A DNA stretch of 64,000 nt, from the sequence record KJ019142.1. One strand, 5' to 3'. Shown here in pieces: positions 57,371 to 64,000 of this stretch. The notes under the pieces are model-generated. The model was not told the DNA's origin. It did not search any database and worked only from the letters and a program-made list of their open reading frames with translations. How positions within the stretch are numbered: the first letter of the stretch is position 1; each line of letters begins with the position of its first letter. Made by a program: the position numbers and the translations under genes.

Positions 57371-58845
57371 TGTCTAACAAGTTCTACACCAATGTTCAGC
57401 TTTATGGTAACAACATCCTCCTACGCGGGTATGAGAACGGAGAGAAGTTCCACACTAGGGAACAATACTCCCCTACACTATATGTGAGTTCCAAGAAACC
57501 CAGTAAGTGGAAAACACTTACTGGTGAGAATGTTCAACCAGTGAAGCCCGGATCTATTAGAGATTGTAGGGATTTTATCAAGAAGTATAAAGATGTAGAG
57601 AACTTTAATGTGTTTGGTAATGAGAGGTTTGCCTTTCAATACATTGCAGACAACTATCCTGGGGAGATTGAATATGATCCCCAGTTGATTAATATCTTGA
57701 GTTTGGATATTGAGGTTGAGTCTGAACATGGTTTCCCAGATCCAGAGTCTGCTAATGAGGAAGTACTACTCATTACTATTCAGGACTATGTTACCAAACA
57801 AATCATTACTTGGGGTCAGATAAAGCATGGGGAGTTTGATAACCAACAGGATAATGTAGATTTCCGTCCCTGTGAGAGTGAGTATCACCTACTGAGTGCC
57901 TTTATTCAGTGGTGGCAACAGAACCCACCTGATGTTATCACTGGGTGGAACATTGACTATTATGATATTCCATACCTCGTCAGACGCATGAAGAGAGTGT
58001 TGGGTGATAAACTAGCAAGCACTATCTCCCCTTGGAAGTTCGTAACGGACGAAGAGCACTTCTTCAAGGGTATGAATAAACTATATTATAATATCGCTGG
58101 TATCACCCAACTAGACTACCTAGTTTTATACACTAAGTTCACATATACGAACCAAGAGTCATACAGACTAGACCATATTGCTAACGTGGAGTTGGGTCAG
58201 AAGAAGTTAGACCACTCTGAGTTTGAAACCTTCAAAGACTTCTATCGCAAAGGTTGGCAGAAGTTTGTAGAATACAACATTGTTGACGTGGAACTAGTTG
58301 ACAGACTGGAAGAGAAGTTGAAACTCATTGATCTTGCCATCACTATGGCGTTTGATGCTAAGGTGAACTTCCAGGATGTATTCTCACAGGTGAGACTATG
58401 GGATACTATTATCTACAACTATCTCAGAGATAGGAACATTGTCATCCCTCAGAAGGAACAAACCAGTAAGAGTGAGAAGTTTGCTGGAGCATATGTGAAA
58501 GAACCTAAACCAGGTCTATATGACTGGGTGGTGTCCTTTGACCTTAACTCCCTGTATCCTCACCTACTGATGCAATACAACATCTCCCCAGAAACTCTGA
58601 TGGAAGAGAGATGTCCTAATATCTCCATTGAGAAGGTATTGAATGAGGAAGTGACCTTTGAGATGTATAAAGACTACGCTGTTTGTCCCAATGGTGCAAT
58701 GTATCGCAAAGATGTGCGTGGATTTCTCCCAACTCTGATGGAGAAGATGTATGATGAAAGAAAGGCATTCAAAAAGAAGATGCTGAAGTCCAAACAAATC
58801 CTCGTTGATATCGAGGCTGAAATGAAAAGAAGAGGTGTATTATGA
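57370..58845 (+). CDS. g43A: DNA polymerase gp43, N-terminal half (3'-5' exonuclease, motif A, first finger helix)
   Basis: ExoI DIE, ExoII GWNIDYYDIPY, ExoIII YNIVD, motif A SFDLNSLYPH; ends KKMLKSKQILVDIEAEMKRRGVL-stop. Confidence 0.93.
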   Translation: MSNKFYTNVQLYGNNILLRGYENGEKFHTREQYSPTLYVSSKKPSKWKTLTGENVQPVKPGSIRDCRDFIKKYKDVENFNVFGNERFAFQYIADNYPGEIEYDPQLINILSLDIEVESEHGFPDPESANEEVLLITIQDYVTKQIITWGQIKHGEFDNQQDNVDFRPCESEYHLLSAFIQWWQQNPPDVITGWNIDYYDIPYLVRRMKRVLGDKLASTISPWKFVTDEEHFFKGMNKLYYNIAGITQLDYLVLYTKFTYTNQESYRLDHIANVELGQKKLDHSEFETFKDFYRKGWQKFVEYNIVDVELVDRLEEKLKLIDLAITMAFDAKVNFQDVFSQVRLWDTIIYNYLRDRNIVIPQKEQTSKSEKFAGAYVKEPKPGLYDWVVSFDLNSLYPHLLMQYNISPETLMEERCPNISIEKVLNEEVTFEMYKDYAVCPNGAMYRKDVRGFLPTLMEKMYDERKAFKKKMLKSKQILVDIEAEMKRRGVL

Positions 58846-59000
58846 GTTTTCGTCACAAAACATATGGTGGTCTAGTTCATTATGACCACAATGATAAGAT
58901 TATCGTCATTGAACGTCGATTGAATCCAATGCAACATCACGCTATGCTTGTGAGTAAGTTGAAGGAAGAGTATCCAGAGTATCAAGTAGTTACTGGATAG
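58842..59000 (+). CDS. 52-aa hypothetical protein inside the split g43 (not in the ORF track)
   Basis: ATGA overlap with the g43A stop; SD GAGGTG; MSFRHKTYGGLVHYDHNDKIIVIERRLNPMQHHAMLVSKLKEEYPEYQVVTG. Confidence 0.65.
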   Translation: MSFRHKTYGGLVHYDHNDKIIVIERRLNPMQHHAMLVSKLKEEYPEYQVVTG

Positions 59001-59215
59001 TGAGTGGTTTAGTTGCTGAGATTATGCAAGTCGTTACTATGATTACTATGCTATTCAATATGTGCAATAGTAATGAGTTCAACAGACAAGCATGTATGAA
59101 AGACTGGGATACTTGGTTATTACCTGAGATATCCCGTGCGTGGCAAATTAAAACAGGTCAGGAAGTCCCTTACCAAAACGAGGAAGATGTGGTAGAATGG
59201 CACCAACAGCAGTGA
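59000..59215 (+). CDS. 71-aa hypothetical protein inside the split g43
   Basis: GTG start overlaps the preceding TAG; hydrophobic N-terminus, then C..DWDTWLLPEISRAWQIKTG.EVPYQ. Confidence 0.6.
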   Translation: MSGLVAEIMQVVTMITMLFNMCNSNEFNRQACMKDWDTWLLPEISRAWQIKTGQEVPYQNEEDVVEWHQQQ

Positions 59216-59216
59216 G

Positions 59217-60386
59217 GTGTTTATCGGTTATCTTATTGGTGGTTCGAGTGAAGGACCCGATGAGGAGATTGTACAATCAGATAGTGACTATTCTAAACTA
59301 TCTGATAAGCAACTGCAATACCTAAGAGCACAAACCATAAAGGATATCGCTAAGTTTTATAACTTCCAGCAAGTAAGGAAAATTACCCTAAACTCCGCTT
59401 ATGGTGCTTTGGGTAACCAATACTTCAGATACTACAAACTGGCGAACGCGGAGGCAGTGACCTTCTCTGGTCAGTTAAGTATCCGTTGGATTGAGAATAA
59501 GATGAATGGATTCATCAATGAGATTCTAAAAACAGAGGGTAAGGATTATGTGATCGCCTCTGATACTGACTCTATCTACATTAACTTTGGTGATGTGGTA
59601 GATAAGTTCTTGAAGAAGTTTGATGGTGATAAGGAGAAGACTGTATCAATGGTAGATAAGATCTGTAAGGATCAACTAGAACCCTTCATTGATAAGTGCT
59701 ATTCTCAGTTGGGTGAGTATGTGAATGCATACGAACAGAAGATGCAGATGAAGAGAGAGAATATTGCAGATAGGGGTATATGGACAGCGAAGAAGAGATA
59801 TATCCTGAACGTGTGGGATAGTGAAGGTGTTCGTTATGAGGAACCTAAACTGAAGATGATGGGTATTGAGGCTGTGAAGTCATCTACACCTGCCCCTTGT
59901 AGAACTATGATCAAGGATGCTCTCCGTATTATCATTGAGAAATCTGAGGATGAAGTCATTGACTACATTGATGATTGTAGGAAGAAGTTCAAACAGATGA
60001 AACCAGAGGAGATCGCGTTTCCTCGTTCCGTTAGTGATATGATCAAGTTTCGTTCTGGGACAACAATATATGCTAAGAGTACTCCTATGCATGTGAGGGG
60101 GGCGTTACTATTCAATCATCACATTAAGAAGGGTGGGTTGGAGAACAAGTATTCTCTCATCAATAGTGGTGAGAAGATCAAGTTCTGCTACCTCAAGATT
60201 CCTAATCTAATTGGTGAGAATGTTATCTCATTCATCTCCGACTTTCCTAGGGAACTTAAGTTGGAGAAGTATGTTGATTATGATACCCAATTCAATAAAG
60301 CATTCCTAGATCCACTCAAGATCATCTTGGATGCTATTGGTTGGAACTGTGAGAAGCAGATGTCCTTGGAGTCATTTTTTACCTGA
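59217..60386 (+). CDS. g43B: DNA polymerase gp43, C-terminal half (second finger helix, palm, thumb, clamp-binding tail)
   Basis: Motif B KITLNSAYGALGN; motif C ASDTDSIY; KKRYILNV; C-terminal QMSLESFF clamp peptide. Confidence 0.93.
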   Translation: MFIGYLIGGSSEGPDEEIVQSDSDYSKLSDKQLQYLRAQTIKDIAKFYNFQQVRKITLNSAYGALGNQYFRYYKLANAEAVTFSGQLSIRWIENKMNGFINEILKTEGKDYVIASDTDSIYINFGDVVDKFLKKFDGDKEKTVSMVDKICKDQLEPFIDKCYSQLGEYVNAYEQKMQMKRENIADRGIWTAKKRYILNVWDSEGVRYEEPKLKMMGIEAVKSSTPAPCRTMIKDALRIIIEKSEDEVIDYIDDCRKKFKQMKPEEIAFPRSVSDMIKFRSGTTIYAKSTPMHVRGALLFNHHIKKGGLENKYSLINSGEKIKFCYLKIPNLIGENVISFISDFPRELKLEKYVDYDTQFNKAFLDPLKIILDAIGWNCEKQMSLESFFT

Positions 60387-60414
60387 TATATAAAACCCCC
60401 AGAGGAGATCACCA

Positions 60415-60573
60415 ATGGAAAAACAAAATCTAGCGATGGATCTATTCATCGAGTCTGTAATCAAACCAGACAGTGACCTTAGGGGTCAAGCATCAGAACA
60501 GGGTTGTCTAGAAGAACTATTGCAAATCCGTGATGATGTGATAAAATATCTTTATAACGAGAGGAAAAACTAG
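60415..60573 (+). CDS. 52-aa hypothetical protein (not in the ORF track)
   Basis: SD GAGGAG; MEKQNLAMDLFIESVIKPDSDLRGQASEQGCLEELLQIRDDVIKYLYNERKN. Confidence 0.7.
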   Translation: MEKQNLAMDLFIESVIKPDSDLRGQASEQGCLEELLQIRDDVIKYLYNERKN

Positions 60574-60576
60574 TTT

Positions 60577-60810
60577 ATGGCGTTATCCCAATCAGTGGAG
60601 AATTCCCTCAGGGAGGCAAGTTCGTCCCTGAGGAATGCTCTAGCTTTTGCTGCCAGACAGGAGAGATCACATACCTGTCAGCATATTGCTAAAGTATTAA
60701 ACGATATTGATCTTATTCAGAGAACGGATGAGATGTTTGATACCCTTGATAGTATCAAGGATGGTAAGGGTGGTAGCAACCCATTTGGTAAATTTGGTTT
60801 TGATGAATAA
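60577..60810 (+). CDS. Conserved hypothetical protein
   Basis: MALSQSVENSLREASSSLRNALAFAARQE; overlaps the uvsX start. Confidence 0.7.
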   Translation: MALSQSVENSLREASSSLRNALAFAARQERSHTCQHIAKVLNDIDLIQRTDEMFDTLDSIKDGKGGSNPFGKFGFDE

Positions 60811-61817
60811 TGGATTTCTTAAAGGATATTGTAAATGAAATTGGTGGCGACTTCACTCAGATTGCCTCAGAGATTGAAGAAAACGAAACATACGTGGACA
60901 CTGGTTCGTTCATCTTTAATGCTCTTGTATCTGGGTCTATCTATGGTGGTGTATCTGGTAACAAGATTACTGCAATTGCTGGGGAAAGTTCTACTGGAAA
61001 GACTTTCTTCTCACTCGCCGTGGTCAAGAACTTCTTGGATACTAATCCCGATGCATATTGCCTTTATTTTGATACTGAAGCTGCAATCAATAGAAACCTT
61101 CTTGAGTCACGAGGTATTGACCTTAAGCGGTTGGTTGTCGTCAATGTCGTTACAGTAGAAGAGTTTAGGATGAAGGCACTTAAGTGTGTCGATATCTACC
61201 AGAAGAAACCAGAAGACGAACGCAAACCTTGTATGTTTGTCCTAGATTCTCTGGGTATGTTGTCTACAGAGAAAGAGATCAATGATGCTCTGAATGACAA
61301 GAACGTTCGTGATATGACTAAATCACAACTCATCAAAGGGGCTTTCAGGATGTTGACCTTGAAACTAGGTCAGGCTAAGATCCCAATGATTGTTACTAAC
61401 CACACCTATGATGTGATTGGTGCCTATGTTCCTACTAAGGAAATGGGTGGTGGTTCAGGTCTCAAGTATGCCGCCTCTACTATTATTCACCTCACTAAGA
61501 AGAAAGAGAAAGACGGTAAGGATGTTATTGGTAACATTATCAAGTGTAAGACAGCTAAGTCCAGACTCTCCAAAGAGAATACAGACGTAGGTGTTAGACT
61601 ATTCTATGATGAACGGGGTTTGGATAAGTACTATGGTCTCCTAGAACTTGGTGAGCTTGGTGGTATGTGGAAGAACGTAGCTGGTCGTTATGACTTGGGT
61701 GATGGTAAGAAGATCTACGCTAAAGAGATACTAAAGGATCCAGAGAAGTACTTCACCGAAGAAGTTATGGAGAAACTAGATGTTGTTGCTAGGGGAACAT
61801 TCTCATATGGGTCATAA
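60810..61817 (+). CDS. uvsX: RecA-like recombinase UvsX
   Basis: DTGSFIFNALVSG; AGESSTGKT; VLDSLG; VTNHTY; MGGGSGLKYAAS. Confidence 0.96.
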   Translation: MDFLKDIVNEIGGDFTQIASEIEENETYVDTGSFIFNALVSGSIYGGVSGNKITAIAGESSTGKTFFSLAVVKNFLDTNPDAYCLYFDTEAAINRNLLESRGIDLKRLVVVNVVTVEEFRMKALKCVDIYQKKPEDERKPCMFVLDSLGMLSTEKEINDALNDKNVRDMTKSQLIKGAFRMLTLKLGQAKIPMIVTNHTYDVIGAYVPTKEMGGGSGLKYAASTIIHLTKKKEKDGKDVIGNIIKCKTAKSRLSKENTDVGVRLFYDERGLDKYYGLLELGELGGMWKNVAGRYDLGDGKKIYAKEILKDPEKYFTEEVMEKLDVVARGTFSYGS

Positions 61818-61822
61818 ACAAT

Positions 61823-62353
61823 ATGAGTGAGTATATCAAACACTATAGGGGAGTTCTAACAGATACATCTTGTGATGTTCTGATAGATGCTCTTCTGAGT
61901 GTAGATAGAAAGCATATAAAGGAACATCGAACAGATCGTAAAACATTTGATCAGGTGTTTCTTAATGCTGCAAATATGGATCTGATTCCAGGTATTACTA
62001 AAATAGTTGGTAATGTAATCAAACAATACAAGATGGATGTTCCATACTTCACACAGTTCTTTCCCAAGGGACTGGAGATTGAAACACCAAAGGTCAAAGG
62101 TTACAGTCCTGGAGGACAATTCAAACCACATTGTGATGTGGATGCTACTTCCTGTCCAAGGTATCTTGCCTTTCTATTTTATCTTAATGATAATTTTACA
62201 GGTGGACAAACAGAGTTCTTACCTGGTATAATGGTGGAACCTGTGAAAGGTTCAGTGGTGGTATTTCCACCCAACTGGCAACACCCTCATTGTGGATTAC
62301 CAGTGGAGACTGGTAACAAATATATTATGTCAACTTATCTAAGATACGTTTAA
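61823..62353 (+). CDS. 2OG-Fe(II) oxygenase
   Basis: FKPHCD, FLFYLND..TGGQTEF, VVFPPNWQHPHCG, KYIMSTY. Confidence 0.88.
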   Translation: MSEYIKHYRGVLTDTSCDVLIDALLSVDRKHIKEHRTDRKTFDQVFLNAANMDLIPGITKIVGNVIKQYKMDVPYFTQFFPKGLEIETPKVKGYSPGGQFKPHCDVDATSCPRYLAFLFYLNDNFTGGQTEFLPGIMVEPVKGSVVVFPPNWQHPHCGLPVETGNKYIMSTYLRYV

Positions 62354-63720
62354 TGGATCGAATTGAGAATTTAATACTAAGATCACTCTCACATAGTGAA
62401 GGGTTTTCTAGGAAGGTTATCCCCTTCATCAAACCAGATTATTTCCATGATAATGCTGAGAAAGTTCTCTTCGAAGAAATCGCACAATACATTGTCAAGT
62501 ACAACTCTAATGTTACTGTACAGGCTCTAAGTATTGAGGTGGAACAGAGAACCGATTTATCTGATAGTGATGTCAAAACTATCAGAACTATCCTAGATGA
62601 CTTTGATGCAGTCACAGGAACTGATGAGTGGATGATTGATTCCACTGAGAAGTGGTGTAAGAAACAGGCAATTTACAACGCTCTTATGGAGTCTGTGAGT
62701 ATTGCCAATGGAGATAGTCAGACTAAGGCTGAAGACGCTATCCCCAGTATCCTCTCAGAGGCTCTGGGTGTATCCTTTGATAGTAATGTAGGTCACGACT
62801 ACATTGAGAACGCAGAGGATAGGTGGGAGTACTACCACCAGAAGGAAGATAAGATTCCCTTCGATATTGATCTACTCAATGCGATTACTAAAGGTGGATT
62901 ACCTAACAAGACACTGAATATCGCACTCGCTGGTACTGGTGTTGGTAAGTCACTCTTTATGTGTCACGTAGCAGCCTCTAGTTTAATGCAGGGTAAGAAT
63001 GTTCTATACATCACTGCTGAGATGGCAGAAGAGAAGATCGCAGAACGTATTGACTCCAACCTACTCAACGTTAATATTAAGGATCTATCTGAACTACCCA
63101 AACAGATGTTTGAGAAGAAGATAGATGCGGTATCTAAGAAGACACAAGGTTCCTTGGTTATCAAGGAGTATCCTACAGCTTCTGCACACTCAGGACACTT
63201 CAAGTCTCTACTTAACGAACTAAAACTCAAGAAGAACTTCACACCAGATATTATCTTTATTGATTATCTCAATATCTGTGCTTCCTCTCGTATCAGAGCT
63301 GGTGCTAACGCTAACTCCTACACACTAGTGAAGAGTATCGCAGAAGAGATTCGTGGTCTAGCGGTAGAGTTCAACGTTCCTATCGTGAGTGCTACTCAGA
63401 CGACTCGTAGTGGGTATGGAAACAGTGACGTGGGTATCACAGATACCTCTGAGTCTTTCGGTCTTCCTGCAACCGCTGACCTTATGATCGCTCTTATCTC
63501 CACAGAGGAGCTAGAAGGTCTAGGTCAAATTATGGTTAAACAACTCAAGAACAGATACAATGATCCCACCATCCACAAGCGTTTTGTTGTCGGTATTGAC
63601 AGAGCTAAGATGCGGTTGTATGACTGTGAGCAGGCGGCTCAGGATGATATTCTGGATAGTGGTGACGACTCTGAGGAAAAGACTTCCCTCAAGGATAAGT
63701 TGGCAAAACTGAGTTTCTAG
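62353..63720 (+). CDS. g41: Replicative helicase gp41
   Basis: LAGTGVGKS; IFIDYLNIC; SIAEEIRGLAVE; SESFGLPATAD; KQLKNRYND. Confidence 0.97.
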   Translation: MDRIENLILRSLSHSEGFSRKVIPFIKPDYFHDNAEKVLFEEIAQYIVKYNSNVTVQALSIEVEQRTDLSDSDVKTIRTILDDFDAVTGTDEWMIDSTEKWCKKQAIYNALMESVSIANGDSQTKAEDAIPSILSEALGVSFDSNVGHDYIENAEDRWEYYHQKEDKIPFDIDLLNAITKGGLPNKTLNIALAGTGVGKSLFMCHVAASSLMQGKNVLYITAEMAEEKIAERIDSNLLNVNIKDLSELPKQMFEKKIDAVSKKTQGSLVIKEYPTASAHSGHFKSLLNELKLKKNFTPDIIFIDYLNICASSRIRAGANANSYTLVKSIAEEIRGLAVEFNVPIVSATQTTRSGYGNSDVGITDTSESFGLPATADLMIALISTEELEGLGQIMVKQLKNRYNDPTIHKRFVVGIDRAKMRLYDCEQAAQDDILDSGDDSEEKTSLKDKLAKLSF

Positions 63721-63728
63721 TGTATAAT
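63700..63728 (+). promoter_or_regulatory. sigma70 promoter TTGGCA-N17-TATAAT
   Basis: -35 at 63700-63705; TG-extended -10 at 63723-63728. Confidence 0.7.
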
Positions 63729-63734
63729 GGTTAT

Positions 63735-63806
63735 GTTGGGAAGAAACCCCAACCTCCTTTGTGATGTGGTGTTTGTTGGGGAAGGGGTGGTTCCCTTCCC
63801 TTTTTT
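63735..63806 (+). ncRNA. Candidate ~70-nt small RNA or attenuator leader (hairpin, linker, terminator)
   Basis: GTTGGG/CCCAAC hairpin, then ACCTCCTTT, then GGGAAGGG/CCCTTCCC with TTTTTT; no ORF inside. Confidence 0.5.
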
Positions 63807-63830
63807 ATTGTTTATTGGTATTCAATTATT

Positions 63831-64000
63831 ATGAGCGTAGATTTTTCTAAGTACGGTGAGTTTGTAGACACAGTAACTAGTGCCCCCTCCAAGGGAACTG
63901 GTGAGATGATCGCAGTACTCAAGGACCTTAAGCTTCGTGGAGCACAACCCGAAAGACTTCTTACTGGTGCAGTTGGTATCTGTGCTGAGGGTGGTGAGTT
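63831..64000 (+). CDS. mazG: MazG-type nucleotide pyrophosphohydrolase, 3'-truncated
   Basis: Hand translation MSVDFSKYGEFVDTVTSAPSK...ERLLTGAVGICAEGGE; usual position after g41. Confidence 0.85.
   Translation, partial: MSVDFSKYGEFVDTVTSAPSKGTGEMIAVLKDLKLRGAQPERLLTGAVGICAEGGE

Noticed and set aside
58800-59260. Split intein, group I intron or gene-60-style ribosomal bypass joining g43A and g43B
   Set aside because: There are no intein terminal residues and no recognisable group I core. The 371-nt gap is filled by two coupled ORFs and is far longer than the 50-nt gene 60 bypass. The flanking repeats do not give an in-frame join.
500-63242. Numerous 60-125 aa minus-strand and alternate-frame ORFs in the supplied track
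   Set aside because: They lie entirely within well-supported + strand genes, lack RBSs or recognisable motifs, and are expected shadows of biased codon usage.

Overview
64 kb from the conserved core of a T4-like cyanobacterial myovirus (Kyanoviridae type). The evidence is gene order plus cyanophage-typical genes (hsp20, mazG, cobS-like AAA, two 2OG-Fe(II) oxygenases, VrlC-like virion protein). All credible protein genes are on the + strand. Order: 5'-truncated giant baseplate protein, g8, VrlC-like protein, g13-g16, a 5.3 kb accessory insert, g17-g23, an outer-membrane-like protein, g3, uvsY, uvsW, g55, g47, a free-standing HNH/NUMOD3 endonuclease, g46, a vWA/AAA pair, g45, g44, g62, regA, hsp20, a DNA polymerase gene (g43) split in two with two small ORFs between the halves, uvsX, g41 and a 3'-truncated mazG. 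The most notable signals are: (1) the intein-less split g43; (2) a ROSE-type RNA-thermometer hairpin over the hsp20 Shine-Dalgarno; (3) two promoter-hairpin-terminator units with alternative pairings, one carrying an anti-SD sequence upstream of mazG; (4) a 943-aa basic modular protein that looks like a gp21-cleaved polyprotein; (5) an orphan hydrophobic 203-aa protein; (6) a near-consensus antisense sigma70 promoter back-to-back with g55. No tRNA, rRNA, CRISPR array or intein was recognised. All family assignments come from motif recognition and synteny, not database searches.
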